A DNA stretch of 64,000 bases from Solirubrobacteraceae bacterium (GTDB taxonomy: Bacteria > Actinomycetota > Thermoleophilia > Solirubrobacterales > Solirubrobacteraceae). The notes beneath the pieces were generated by a model. That model saw only the letters and a list, made by a program, of their open reading frames with translations, did not search any database and was not told where the DNA came from. The stretch lies in contig DATLGB010000223.1 of assembly GCA_035540675.1 (NCBI GenBank), positions 4,502-68,501 on the forward strand, written 5' to 3'. Shown in pieces: positions 10,211-19,857 of the stretch; the stretch's first letter is position 1, and the number at the start of each line of letters is the position of its first letter. The position numbers and the translations under genes were made by a program.

Positions 10211-11274
10211 CCATCCCCAAGACACGTAGCCGCAAGGGTGGCTCCGCCATCCCGCTCGACGACACCGACAAGGCGCTGCTGAACCTCCTGCAGGGCCGGT
10301 TCCCGGTCGAGCGCCGGCCGTTCGCCCGCGTGGCCGAGGCGGCCGGGCTCAGCGAGGAGGAGGTGCTCGCGCGTACGCAGCGCCTCGTCGAGGGGCGCAT
10401 CATCCGCGAGATCACGCCGATCTTCGACACGCGCGCGCTCGGCTACCAGTCGATGCTCGTCGCGGCGAAGGTGGATGCCGAGCACCCGCACCGCGCGGCG
10501 CAGTTCATCAACTCGCACCCGGGCGTCACCCACAACTACCTGCGCAATCACGACTTCAACCTGTGGTTCACCATCGCCGTGGAGCCCGACTCGCGGCTCG
10601 GGCTGCAGGGGACGCTCGACGTCATCGCCGAGCGCACCGGCGCGGAGTCGATCCGCCAGCTGCCGACGCTGAAGCTGTTCAAGATCCGTATGGACCTCGA
10701 GATGGTCCAGGGCACGGAGGCGCTCGCGCAGGCGGCCGAGGCGGCCGAGCCGATGGAGCTCGACCCGATCGACGTCACCGACGACGACATCGCCGTCATC
10801 CGCGCGACGCAGGGGCCGATGCCGGTCGTGCCCGAGCCCTTCGCGCCGGCGGCGGAGCGCCTCGGCGCCACGCAGGAGGACGTCTTCGCCGCGCTGCAGT
10901 CGCTGCGCGAGCGCAAGGCGCTGCGGCGCGTCGCCGCGATCCTGTTCCACCGCCGGGCGGGCTTCTCCGCCAACGGGATGGGCGTCTGGAAGGTGCCGGA
11001 GGACCGCGTCGTCGAGCTCGGCAAGCGCATGGCCGCGACCCGCGGTATCTCGCACTGCTACGAGCGGCCCACGTACGCGGACTGGCCGTACGCCCTGTTC
11101 ACGATGGCCCACGGGCGCTCCAAGGAGGAGTGCGACGCCATCCTCGAGTCGATCGCGAACGACACCGGGATCCACGAGCGCGCCACGCTGTACTCCTCCA
11201 CCGAGTACAAGAAGGTCCGCATGCTCTACTTCACGGAGGACTTCGCGAACTGGGAGCGCGAGCACGCTCCGTGA
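10198..11274 (+). CDS. Fused AhbA/AhbB (NirD/L/G/H-type) siroheme decarboxylase-like protein
   Basis: GTG 10198 in the frame of ORF 6943..11274, overlapping the hemB end by 13 nt. Two tandem Lrp/AsnC-like modules: HPGVTHNYLRNHDFNLWFTIAV and GISHCYERPTYADWPYALFTMAHG. Confidence 0.75.
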   Translation: MARVAIPKTRSRKGGSAIPLDDTDKALLNLLQGRFPVERRPFARVAEAAGLSEEEVLARTQRLVEGRIIREITPIFDTRALGYQSMLVAAKVDAEHPHRAAQFINSHPGVTHNYLRNHDFNLWFTIAVEPDSRLGLQGTLDVIAERTGAESIRQLPTLKLFKIRMDLEMVQGTEALAQAAEAAEPMELDPIDVTDDDIAVIRATQGPMPVVPEPFAPAAERLGATQEDVFAALQSLRERKALRRVAAILFHRRAGFSANGMGVWKVPEDRVVELGKRMAATRGISHCYERPTYADWPYALFTMAHGRSKEECDAILESIANDTGIHERATLYSSTEYKKVRMLYFTEDFANWEREHAP

Positions 11275-12560
11275 CCGCCTCCGTCACCGACACGAAGTCC
11301 TCCACGCTGTTCGCCCGCGCCCAGGCGGTGCTGCCGGGCGGCGTCAACTCGCCCGTGCGCGCGATGCGCGCGATCGGGCGCGACCCGCTGTTCATCGACC
11401 GCGCCGACGGCGCCGAGATCGTCGACGTCGACGGCAACCGCTACGTCGACTACGTCTGCTCCTGGGGGCCGCTGATCCACGGCCACGCCCACCCGGTGAT
11501 CCTCGGTGCCGTGGCCCGCGCGGCCGCGCTCGGAACGACCTTCGGCGCCCCGACGGAGGGCGAGGTCGTGCTGGCGGAGACGGTCGCCTCGCGCATGCCC
11601 GCCGTCTCGATGCTCCGCATGACCTCGAGCGGTACCGAGGCCTCGATGAGCGCGATCCGGCTCGCGCGCGCGGCCACGGGGCGCGAGAAGCTGCTCAAGT
11701 TCGCCGGCGCCTACCACGGGCACGTCGACGGGCTGCTGGCCGAAGCCGGCTCCGGGCTGGCGACGGGCGGCATCCCGGCCTCCCCCGGCGTGCCGGAGGC
11801 CGCCACCGCGAACACGGTGATCGTCCCCTGGAACGACTTCGACGCCGTCGACCGCGCGCTCGAGCGGCACGAGTTCGCGGCCATCCTGGCCGAGCCGTAC
11901 CCCGCGAACATGGGGCTGGTCCGCCCGCGGGAGGGCTTCCTCGAGCGCCTGCGCGACCGCGCCACCGAGACCGGCGCGCTGCTGGTCTTCGACGAGGTCA
12001 TCACCGGCTTCCGCGTGGCGCGCGGCGGCGCGCAGGAGCTGACCGGGGTGCTTCCCGACCTGACGGTGATGGGGAAGGTGATCGGCGGCGGCCTGCCGGC
12101 CGCGGCCTACGGCGGCTCGGTCGAGCTGATGGAGCTGATCGCGCCGGCCGGCGACGTCTACCAGGCGGGGACGCTGTCCGGGAACCCGCTCGCGGTGGCG
12201 GCCGGGCTGGCGGCGCTCGAGCTGCTCGACGAGATGGCCTACGCGCGGCTGAGCGCCACCACCACCGCGCTGGCCGAGGGCCTGCGGGAGGCGGCCGAGG
12301 CGGCGCGCCGCCCCGTGCAGGTCGAGCACATCACCGGGCTGCTGACCGTCTTCTTCTCCGAGGAGCCGGTGCGCGACTACGCCGGCGCGGCCCGCTGCGA
12401 CCTCGAGGGCCACGCCGCCTGGTGCCGCGCGCTGCTCGCCCGCGGCGTCTACCCGCCGCCCTCGCAGTTCGAGGCCTGGTTCCCGTCCCTGGCGCACACG
12501 TCCGAGCACGTGACGCGCACGCTCGAGGCGGCCGCGGCGGCGTTCGCCGAGGTGTCGTGA
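11271..12560 (+). CDS. hemL: Glutamate-1-semialdehyde 2,1-aminomutase
   Basis: GTGA overlap with the upstream stop. LPGGVNSPVRA, MGKVIGGGLP (PLP Lys), GTLSGNPLA. Confidence 0.95.
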   Translation: MTASVTDTKSSTLFARAQAVLPGGVNSPVRAMRAIGRDPLFIDRADGAEIVDVDGNRYVDYVCSWGPLIHGHAHPVILGAVARAAALGTTFGAPTEGEVVLAETVASRMPAVSMLRMTSSGTEASMSAIRLARAATGREKLLKFAGAYHGHVDGLLAEAGSGLATGGIPASPGVPEAATANTVIVPWNDFDAVDRALERHEFAAILAEPYPANMGLVRPREGFLERLRDRATETGALLVFDEVITGFRVARGGAQELTGVLPDLTVMGKVIGGGLPAAAYGGSVELMELIAPAGDVYQAGTLSGNPLAVAAGLAALELLDEMAYARLSATTTALAEGLREAAEAARRPVQVEHITGLLTVFFSEEPVRDYAGAARCDLEGHAAWCRALLARGVYPPPSQFEAWFPSLAHTSEHVTRTLEAAAAAFAEVS

Positions 12561-12991
12561 GCGTCCTCGAGCGCCTGGCGGCGGAGCTGCGGGCCGAGGG
12601 CGGGTTGCTGGCGGAGGCGGCGGTCGACCCGTCCCCCGGCGCCGACGCCGGCCACGGCGAGGAGGCCGCGAGCGGCCCGCGGGCCGCGGCCGCGCCCGCC
12701 GAGTACGCCCTGCTCGTGGAGGCCATCCGGGAGGGCTACCTCGCCCACTACGGCGAGCCGCGCGTGCTGCGGACCGACGACCGCGACCTGGCGCTGCTGG
12801 CCGGCGATCATCTGTACGCGCTCGGCCTCGAGCGGCTGGCGGCGCTGGGCGACCTGCACGCGGTGCGCGCGCTCGCCGACGTCATCGCGGCCTGCGCCCG
12901 CGCGGCCGCCGAGGAGCGCCCGCAGGACGCGGAGGCCGCGTGGCGGCGCGGCGTCAGGTCGGTCGCCGGGACCGATCGGGCGCGCTCTTGA
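12557..12991 (+). CDS. Hypothetical helical protein
   Basis: GTGA-coupled to hemL. GC3-consistent frame of ORF 12422..12991. No family recognised. Confidence 0.45.
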   Translation: MSVLERLAAELRAEGGLLAEAAVDPSPGADAGHGEEAASGPRAAAAPAEYALLVEAIREGYLAHYGEPRVLRTDDRDLALLAGDHLYALGLERLAALGDLHAVRALADVIAACARAAAEERPQDAEAAWRRGVRSVAGTDRARS

Positions 12992-13039
12992 TCTTCCGGG
13001 TCGATAGAGTTCCCGCCCCCTGACTCCCCTCTCCTGATC

Positions 13040-13711
13040 GTGGCTTCAGCTCGCAAGACGCCCAAGTCGAAGTACACCGCGGACCGCAACATCCCCGGTG
13101 CCTTCGAGGGCGAGACCATCACCCGCCGGCGGCTCATGACGCTCACGGCGCACGGCGCCGGTGCGGCCGCCACCATGGCGTTCACGCTGCCCGTGCTCGG
13201 GTTCGCGATCGGCACCCCGGTGTTCGAGCGCCCCGAGCCGATCTGGACGCCGGTCGGCACCCCTGAGAGCTTCCCGAACGACACCTACGTCCCCAAGGTC
13301 GTGAACATGGTCGAGGGCGTGGGCGAGATCGGCAAGACGACCGCCTACGTGCGCGCGTACAACCCGGACATCGACGGGCCGGACCCGGTCCACCCGTTCA
13401 TCGCGGTGTCGACGCGCTGCATGCACCTCGGCTGTCCCGTCCGCTACGTCGACGCCGCCAAGCGCTTCATCTGCCCGTGCCACGGCGGCGTCTACGACGT
13501 CCGCGGCGACGTGACCGGCGGCCCGCCGGTGCGGCCGCTCGACCGCTTCTACGTGCGCCTGCGCAACGGCCAGGTCGAGGTCGGCCCGCGCTACTCGGTC
13601 AACAGCGAGCTCGACATCTTCCCGTCGTACCGCGACCCGGGCCAGGACCTGGACGGCATCGGCCAGTACCTCTACCCCGGCCGCTTCTCGACGCCGAGGA
13701 GAGAGAAGTGA
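13040..13711 (+). CDS. qcrA: Rieske [2Fe-2S] subunit of menaquinol:cytochrome c reductase
   Basis: Tat-like TRRRLMTLTAHGAGAAA. Rieske boxes CMHLGC and CPCHGG. Confidence 0.9.
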   Translation: MASARKTPKSKYTADRNIPGAFEGETITRRRLMTLTAHGAGAAATMAFTLPVLGFAIGTPVFERPEPIWTPVGTPESFPNDTYVPKVVNMVEGVGEIGKTTAYVRAYNPDIDGPDPVHPFIAVSTRCMHLGCPVRYVDAAKRFICPCHGGVYDVRGDVTGGPPVRPLDRFYVRLRNGQVEVGPRYSVNSELDIFPSYRDPGQDLDGIGQYLYPGRFSTPRREK

Positions 13712-14514
13712 AGCTCCCCAAGCTCCCCGCGCCCCCGCTTCCCGAGGCGCTGCAGCCGTCCCCGCCGCGTCCCGGCGCCGACAAGCCCAAGAAGCCGCTC
13801 GAGCAGGCCAAGGAAGCCGGCATCTCGGCGGTCGACTGGGTCGACGAGCGCACCGCGCTGTCGGGCAGCCTGCGCTGGATGCTCTTCCGGAAGGTCCCGA
13901 AGGGGACCAACTGGTTCTACACGCTCGGGTCGGCGTCGATGTTCGCCTTCCTGTCGCAGGCGATGACGGGCGTGTTCCTCGCGATGTACTACCGGCCCGA
14001 CGCCGCCGGCGGCGCGTACGAGTCGGTGGGCCACCTCACCAACGAGGTCTTCCTCGGCGAGTTCGTCCGCGGCATGCACCGCTGGGGATCGTCGGTGATG
14101 GTGATCCTGGTCTTCCTGCACATGGGCCGGACCTTCTTCTTCGGCGCCTACAAGTACCCGCGCGAGCTGAACTGGATCATCGGCGTCGTGCTGCTCATCC
14201 TCACGATGACCATGTCGTTCACCGGCTACCTGCTGCCGTTCGACCAGCGCTCCTACTGGGCGACGGTGGTCGGCGTGAACATCAACGGCACCGGGCCGCA
14301 CCTCGGCCCGTACCTGTCGGACTTCCTGCGCGGCGGCGCGGAGTTCAACGCGACGACGTTGCCACGCTTCTACGCCATCCACATGCTGCTGGTGCCAGGG
14401 GCGATAGCCGCCATGATCGGCGCGCACCTGTACCTGGTCGCGCGCCAGGGCACCACGGCGCCGCCGTGGCTGAAGGCCGAGCCGGACGAGAACCTCAGGA
14501 CGGACGAGGTCTAG
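13708..14514 (+). CDS. qcrB: Cytochrome b (b6-like, N-terminal four-helix half)
   Basis: GTGA overlap with qcrA. Frame of ORF 13477..14514. Haem-ligand His pairs in GMHRWGSSVMVILVFLHMGRTFF and FYAIHMLLVPGAIAAMIGAHL. Confidence 0.9.
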   Translation: MKLPKLPAPPLPEALQPSPPRPGADKPKKPLEQAKEAGISAVDWVDERTALSGSLRWMLFRKVPKGTNWFYTLGSASMFAFLSQAMTGVFLAMYYRPDAAGGAYESVGHLTNEVFLGEFVRGMHRWGSSVMVILVFLHMGRTFFFGAYKYPRELNWIIGVVLLILTMTMSFTGYLLPFDQRSYWATVVGVNINGTGPHLGPYLSDFLRGGAEFNATTLPRFYAIHMLLVPGAIAAMIGAHLYLVARQGTTAPPWLKAEPDENLRTDEV

Positions 14515-14542
14515 GAGTGGCCCGCCCCGAGGAGAACCACGG

Positions 14543-15409
14543 ATGAACCAGCGCGAGAAGGAGGCGTACCTCCGCGAGTACGCCCTGCTGAAGGCCAAGG
14601 GCAAGCCGTTCTTCCCGTACGCGGTCGCCAAGGACGGGATCATGGCCTGCCTGGTGATGGCCGCCATCATCCTGATGTCGCTCGTGCTCGGCGCCGAGCT
14701 CGGCCCGAAGGCCGACCCGACGACGACCACCTACGTGCCGCGGCCCGAGTGGTACTTCTTCTTCCTGTTCGAGCTGCTGCGCGTCATCAAGCCGGCGATC
14801 CTCACGCCGGTCGCGACGATCGGCGTGCCGACGATCTGCATCATCCTGCTGATCCTGCTGCCGTTCTACGACCGCAACCCCGAGCGGCGGCCGGAGCGGC
14901 GGCCGATCGCGACGACCGCCGGCATCCTCACGATCTTCGCGATGGGCTACCTGACCTACCTCGGCGCGTCCGCCGGCTCGCCGAACGAGATCGACATGGA
15001 GGTCCCGGCGGCGCTCGAGCCGGGCAAGCTCGTCACGGCGCAGGCCGGCTGCCTCGCGTGCCACAAGATCGGCGAGAACGGCAACGACGGCCCGGGGCCC
15101 GACCTCACCGAGATCGGCGACAAGCTGCTGCCCGGCGCGCTCAAGCGCACGCTGGACAACCCGACCGCGCCGATGCCCTCCTTCCGCGGGCTGCCCGACG
15201 AGAAGAAGGAGCAGCTCGTCGCCTTCCTGTCGTCGCTGCGCGGCCAGCAGCCCTCCGGCAGCGGCACCGGCGGCGGTGGCGGCGGGATCGGCGGCTCGTC
15301 CTCGGAGACCCAGGGCGGAGCGAGCGGCCCGGGGACCAACGAGGGCACGGGCACCGACGACGGTGAGGGGCCCGCCGGGGGCCCGCCCACCACCGACGGC
15401 TCCGAGTAG
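14543..15409 (+). CDS. qcrC: Subunit IV-like cytochrome b C-terminal half fused to a monohaem cytochrome c
   Basis: PRPEWYFFFLFELLR (subunit IV/PEWY region) followed by CLACH haem-c site and PMPSF. Gly-rich C-terminal tail. Confidence 0.85.
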   Translation: MNQREKEAYLREYALLKAKGKPFFPYAVAKDGIMACLVMAAIILMSLVLGAELGPKADPTTTTYVPRPEWYFFFLFELLRVIKPAILTPVATIGVPTICIILLILLPFYDRNPERRPERRPIATTAGILTIFAMGYLTYLGASAGSPNEIDMEVPAALEPGKLVTAQAGCLACHKIGENGNDGPGPDLTEIGDKLLPGALKRTLDNPTAPMPSFRGLPDEKKEQLVAFLSSLRGQQPSGSGTGGGGGGIGGSSSETQGGASGPGTNEGTGTDDGEGPAGGPPTTDGSE

Positions 15410-15428
15410 CCGCGGCGCGCCGCGCGCG

Positions 15429-16127
15429 ATGGGCTCGACGTCGGCACGCACGGGGACCCTCCAGGAGGGGCAGGTCCGCGCGATGTTCGACCGCATCGCC
15501 GGCGTCTACGACGTCATGAACTCGGTCATGACGGCCGGGCTGCACCACCGCTGGCGCGAGCGCGCGGCCGACCTGGCCGAGCTCGAGCCCGGCGGCCGGG
15601 CCCTCGACGTCGCGACCGGCACCGGCGACCTCGCGATCGAGCTGGCGCGGCGCGTGCGCCCGGGCGGCGTGGTCGTGGGGTCGGACTTCTCGGAGGGGAT
15701 GCTGGCGCGCGCGCGAGAGAAGGACCCGAGCCTGCGTTGGGAGTGGGCCGACGCCATGCAGCTCGGCTACGGCGACGGCGAGTTCGACGCCGCCACGGTC
15801 GGCTTCGGCGCGCGCAACTTCGGCGACCTCGAGCGCGGTTTGAGCGAGATGGCGCGCGTCGTGCGGCCCGGCGGCAAGGTCGTCGTGCTGGAGATCACGA
15901 CGCCGCAGCGCCCGCCGCTGTCGACGTTCTTCTCGCTGTGGTTCGACCGGCTGGTCCCGCTGCTCGGCCGCTTCGACGACGCGTACACGTACCTTCCGGC
16001 GTCGGTGAAGCGCTTCCCGCAGCCGCCCGCGCTGGCCGCCGCCATGGTGCGGGCCGGCCTGACCGACGTGCGCTGGATCCTCACGGCGGGCGGCATCATC
16101 GCCATCCACCACGGGCGGGTCGCCTGA
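15429..16127 (+). CDS. menG: Demethylmenaquinone / ubiquinone methyltransferase
   Basis: Inner ATG of ORF 15276..16127. MFDRIAGVYDVMNSVMT, LDVATGTGD, FGARNF. Confidence 0.9.
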   Translation: MGSTSARTGTLQEGQVRAMFDRIAGVYDVMNSVMTAGLHHRWRERAADLAELEPGGRALDVATGTGDLAIELARRVRPGGVVVGSDFSEGMLARAREKDPSLRWEWADAMQLGYGDGEFDAATVGFGARNFGDLERGLSEMARVVRPGGKVVVLEITTPQRPPLSTFFSLWFDRLVPLLGRFDDAYTYLPASVKRFPQPPALAAAMVRAGLTDVRWILTAGGIIAIHHGRVA

Positions 16128-16128
16128 G

Positions 16129-17103
16129 ATGGCCTCGGCCGAGGCCGTCCTCGCGGTCATCGAGGCCGGCGGCGCCCACGTCCCGCCGCTGATGGAGCGC
16201 GTCGAGCAGCGGCTCGCCGCCCTCGCGGCCGGGCACGGCGACGTGCTCGCCGAGCACGCGGGGACGACGATCGCGGCGGGCGGCAAGCGCCTGCGCCCCC
16301 TGCTCGTGCTGCTGGCCGCCGGACCGCCGGCGGCGGGCGGCGAGGATCGGCTGGTGCGCGCGGCGGCGGCGGTGGAGCTCGTGCACTCGGCGACGCTCGT
16401 GCACGACGACGTCCTCGACGCCGCGCCGCTGCGCCGCGGGCGCCCGACCGTCTTCGCGGCCGCCGGCGCGCGGATGGCGACCGCGACCGGCGACCTGCTG
16501 TTCTCCCGCGCGTTCGCGGAGCTGGCACGCAACGAGCGGGCCGACCAGGTGCGCGTCCTGTCGACGGCGTCGAGCGCGCTGGCGCAGGGCGAGCTGCTGC
16601 AGCGCGCGGACGCGTGGAACCTCGGCGTCCCCCGTGAGCGCTACCTGCGGCGCTGCGACCTCAAGACGGCGCGGCTGTTCCAGGCGGCGTGCGAGCTCGG
16701 TGCGCTCGAGACCGGCGGCTCGGCCGAGCTGCTCGGGGAGTTCGGGCGCCGCATCGGCCTCGCCTTCCAGCTGCTCGACGACGTGCTCGACGTGTCGGGA
16801 CCGGCGGAGCGCACGGGCAAGCACCGCGGCACCGACCTGCTCGACGGCACGGTCACCCTGCCGCTGATCCTCGCGCGCGAGCGCGACGGCGCCGTGGCGG
16901 GGCTCGACCTGCGCGCGGTCCGGACCCCGGCGGAGGCCGAGGCCGTCTGCGACGCGATCGCGGCCACGGGCGCGCTCGAGACCGCGCGCTCGCAGGCGCT
17001 CGAGATGGTCGCCGCCGCCAAGGCCTCGCTGCCCGAGCTGCCCGAGGCGCAGCGCGGCGCCCTCGAGCTGGTCGCCGACGGCGTCGTCGACCGCTACGCC
17101 TGA
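16129..17103 (+). CDS. trans-Polyprenyl diphosphate synthase (hepta/octaprenyl-type)
   Basis: GKRLRP, first DDxxD LVHDDVLD, second FQLLDDVLD, KHRGTDL. Confidence 0.9.
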   Translation: MASAEAVLAVIEAGGAHVPPLMERVEQRLAALAAGHGDVLAEHAGTTIAAGGKRLRPLLVLLAAGPPAAGGEDRLVRAAAAVELVHSATLVHDDVLDAAPLRRGRPTVFAAAGARMATATGDLLFSRAFAELARNERADQVRVLSTASSALAQGELLQRADAWNLGVPRERYLRRCDLKTARLFQAACELGALETGGSAELLGEFGRRIGLAFQLLDDVLDVSGPAERTGKHRGTDLLDGTVTLPLILARERDGAVAGLDLRAVRTPAEAEAVCDAIAATGALETARSQALEMVAAAKASLPELPEAQRGALELVADGVVDRYA

Positions 17104-17123
17104 GCCGGCGCCGAGGCGCCGGC
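17104..17123. terminator. GC-rich palindromic hairpin between convergent genes
   Basis: gccggcgcc-ga-ggcgccggc, 9-bp arms, between stop 17103 (+) and stop 17134 (-). No U-tract. Confidence 0.4.
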
Positions 17124-17133
17124 CGAGGTCGGT

Positions 17134-17562
17134 CTAGAAGTCCTCCGGAAGGATCGCGTCGACCGCCAGCGCGCGTGCGAAGCGCTCGACCTCGTCCTCC
17201 ATGTTGGCGCGCGTCAGGCGCTTGAGGTCGCGCACGAGCGCCTCGGTGCCGCGGTCGAGCTCCTCGTCGAAGCGGTCGACGCTCTCCTGCGTGAAGCGGC
17301 CGGTGCTCTCCCACTCGCAGTTGGGGCAGCGCAGCACGACGTCCCAATGCGCGGCGCCGGCCTCCTCCCAGTCCATCGGGTAGACGAGGCGCTGCTCGCA
17401 GGCGGGGCAGACGTGGAGGTCCTCGACCGGGTGGTCGGAACCTGGATGCAGGGTCTGCGGCGACTCCGGCTCGCCGTTCTCGAAGTACACGACCTCGATG
17501 GCGCGACCGGACGGCAGCACCACGCGGCGGACGTAATGGCTGTTGTCGGGGTGGTCACTCAT
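17134..17562 (-). CDS. Hypothetical zinc-ribbon protein
   Basis: Track ORF. CPACEQ...CPNCEW four-Cys pattern, acidic C-terminal helix. Confidence 0.6.
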   Translation of the reverse strand: MSDHPDNSHYVRRVVLPSGRAIEVVYFENGEPESPQTLHPGSDHPVEDLHVCPACEQRLVYPMDWEEAGAAHWDVVLRCPNCEWESTGRFTQESVDRFDEELDRGTEALVRDLKRLTRANMEDEVERFARALAVDAILPEDF

Positions 17563-17711
17563 GGCTGGGGTTCCACTGGTGGCCCATCAATCGGCATCCA
17601 GCCGATGCGCCTTTAGGGGTTCCGTGCTCCCGAAGGGGCGGGGCCGCTCCGCTAGGCTCTGTAGCCGACCATCGAACGGTGGTCGCAGCGCGTTTCTGCC
17701 GCGTCGCCGCC

Positions 17712-17945
17712 ATGCCCAACATCGGCATCCCCGAGCTCCTGATCATCCTCTTCGTGCTGCTGCTCGTCTTCGGCCCGAAGCGCCTGCCCGGCCTCGGCCG
17801 GACCGTCGGCGGGGAGCTGCGCGAGTTCAAGGACACGGTCACCGGCAAGAACCGCCGCGACGAGGAGCCAGCGCCGCAGGTCGAGCCGCCGAAGGACGAC
17901 GGCGAGGTCGTGCAGGGCGAGGTCGTCTCCGAGCGCCGGCAGTAG
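17712..17945 (+). CDS. tatA: Twin-arginine translocase protein TatA/E
   Basis: Inner ATG of ORF 17679..17945. MPNIGIPELLIILFVLLLVFGPKRLPGLGR. Confidence 0.9.
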   Translation: MPNIGIPELLIILFVLLLVFGPKRLPGLGRTVGGELREFKDTVTGKNRRDEEPAPQVEPPKDDGEVVQGEVVSERRQ

Positions 17946-17955
17946 GCGTCGCGCG

Positions 17956-18939
17956 ATGGCGGCGGTCCTGCGACCGGTCTCGCACGACGCGAAGCTGAGC
18001 CTCGTCGAGCACCTGGACGAGCTGCGCACGCGGCTCATCGTCAGCGTCGCCTCCTTCATCGTCCTGTTCGGGCTGTGCTTCTGGCAGAACGACCGGATCC
18101 TCGACGTCGTCAACCGGCCGTTCGAGCAGGCGACCGTCGGCCAGACGCCGCGCGGGCCGCTGGCCAAGACGCAGCGCGACCTGGGCGCCTTCGCCGCCGA
18201 CGCGCGGCGCCTGGCGGACGCGGTCGCCGCCGATCCCGACGCCTCGCCCGCCACGCGCGCGGCGGCGCGCGACCTCGCCATCAGCGCGGAGCGGGTTGCC
18301 GGCAACCCGACGCCGGCGCAGCGCGAGCCCGTGACGCTCGGCGTGGCCGAGCCGTTCACCGCGACCTTCAAGGTCGCCGCCTACGCGGCGCTCCTGCTCG
18401 CCCTGCCGATCCTGCTCTGGCAGGCGTACGCCTTCATCCTGCCGGCGTTCTCCCGGCGCGAGCGGCAGGCCGCGGTCCCGCTGATGGCGATGGTGCCCCT
18501 GCTGTTCATCGGCGGCGCCGTGTTCGCCTACTTCGTCGTGCTGCCGAGCGCGATCCGGGTGCTGCAGAACTTCAACGCGGACAACTTCGACATCCTGATC
18601 CAGGCCAAGGACCTCTACCGCTTCACGATCCTCACCTGCATGGCGATGGGCGCGCTGTTCCAGGTGCCGATCGGGATCCTGCTGCTGACCCGGATGGAGA
18701 TCCTGACCGTCGCGCAGCTGCGCGCCAACCGCCGCTACGCCGTCCTGATCATCGCCGTGCTGGCGATGCTGCTGCCCGGCACGGACCCGATCACGATGCT
18801 CCTCTCGATGGCCCCGCTCGTCGTCCTCTACGAAGGGTCTATCCTCCTAGCCGCGCTGCTCGACCGCCGAGCTGCGCGCCGTACAGCGGAACCGGACGAC
18901 GAGCCGGAGACGCTGGCGCTTCCCGACGACGACGACTGA
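17956..18939 (+). CDS. tatC: Twin-arginine translocase subunit TatC (with enlarged first periplasmic loop)
   Basis: LSLVEHLDELRTRLI start motif. Six-helix core with LLPAFS..ER and LLPGTDP motifs. About 70-aa insertion after TM1. Confidence 0.85.
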   Translation: MAAVLRPVSHDAKLSLVEHLDELRTRLIVSVASFIVLFGLCFWQNDRILDVVNRPFEQATVGQTPRGPLAKTQRDLGAFAADARRLADAVAADPDASPATRAAARDLAISAERVAGNPTPAQREPVTLGVAEPFTATFKVAAYAALLLALPILLWQAYAFILPAFSRRERQAAVPLMAMVPLLFIGGAVFAYFVVLPSAIRVLQNFNADNFDILIQAKDLYRFTILTCMAMGALFQVPIGILLLTRMEILTVAQLRANRRYAVLIIAVLAMLLPGTDPITMLLSMAPLVVLYEGSILLAALLDRRAARRTAEPDDEPETLALPDDDD

Positions 18940-18943
18940 ACCC

Positions 18944-19642
18944 ATGCTCTTCGACCTCCGCGGCCGCGGCCGCCGCAACACGATCAGGATCATCTACATC
19001 GGCCTCGCCTTCCTCATGGGCGGCGGCCTGGTGCTGTTCGGCATCGGCGGCGGGACGGCGCTCCAGGGCGGCCTGGTCGACGCCATCACCGGCGCCGGCG
19101 GTGGCACCGACGTGGCCGAGGAGCGCTTCGAGAAGCTCGAGCGCGAGGCGCTCGCGCGCACGCAGCGCAATCCGCGCGACGAGGCCGCCTGGATCCAGCT
19201 CGTCCGCGCGCGCGTGCAGCTCTCGACCTCGGGCGACCGCTACGACGCGGACAAGGGCACCTACACGGCGGCCGGCACGCGCGAGCTGCGCGAGGCCGCC
19301 GACGCGTGGGAGAAGTACCTCGCCATCGACCCCACCAACCGCCAGGAGCAGGCGCGCGTCGCCGGCCTGATGGTGCGCGCCTACCTCGCGCTCGGCGAGA
19401 CCCGTCAGGCGGCACGGGCGCAGGAGATCGTCGCGGAGGTGCGCGACGCCGCCGGCCCGTACTCGCAGCTGGCCGCGCTCTCCTACGAGGCGGGCGACAT
19501 CCGCAAGGGCGACCTCGCGGCCAAGAAGGCGCTGGCGCTGACCGACAAGGACCAGCGCGAGACGCTCAAGGCGCAGCTCGACAGCGCCAAGCAGCAGGCC
19601 GTCGTCAACCAGGTAACGCCCCAGACGACGCCCCAGGGCTGA
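18944..19642 (+). CDS. Hypothetical membrane-anchored helical (TPR-like) protein
   Basis: Track ORF. N-terminal helix IRIIYIGLAFLMGGGLVLFGIGG followed by a helical soluble domain. Confidence 0.55.
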   Translation: MLFDLRGRGRRNTIRIIYIGLAFLMGGGLVLFGIGGGTALQGGLVDAITGAGGGTDVAEERFEKLEREALARTQRNPRDEAAWIQLVRARVQLSTSGDRYDADKGTYTAAGTRELREAADAWEKYLAIDPTNRQEQARVAGLMVRAYLALGETRQAARAQEIVAEVRDAAGPYSQLAALSYEAGDIRKGDLAAKKALALTDKDQRETLKAQLDSAKQQAVVNQVTPQTTPQG

Positions 19643-19651
19643 GCCCGAGAC

Positions 19652-19673
19652 CGGTCGCTAGGATTGGCGACCG
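19652..19673 (+). terminator. Small hairpin after ORF 18944..19642
   Basis: cggtcgc-N8-gcgaccg followed by cttct. Weak. Confidence 0.3.
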
Positions 19674-19680
19674 CTTCTGC

Positions 19681-19753
19681 GCCCCTGTAGCTCAATTGGC
19701 AGAGCAGCGGACTCTTAATCCGAAGGTTGAAGGTTCGATTCCTTCCGGGGGCA
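19681..19753 (+). tRNA. tRNA-Lys (anticodon CUU)
   Basis: Hand-folded cloverleaf. Acceptor gcccctg/cgggggc (one G-U), D arm gctc-aattggca-gagc, anticodon loop cuCUUaa, T arm gaagg-ttcgatt-ccttc, discriminator A. CCA not encoded. Confidence 0.9.
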
Positions 19754-19857
19754 TGCTCCGAGAGCCCTGCTGACGCGGGGCGTTCGCCGTCGACGGGCCG
19801 GCGCGGGACGCGGCGCGGCGCTCGGTGGAGCCGAGGTGCCGACGGCTGACGCCGGGC

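Noticed and set aside
12557-12991. LLAGDHLYALGL segment suggesting a polyprenyl synthase fragment or component
   Set aside because: There are no DDxxD motifs, it is only 144 aa, and the resemblance is a single short helix. It is kept as hypothetical.
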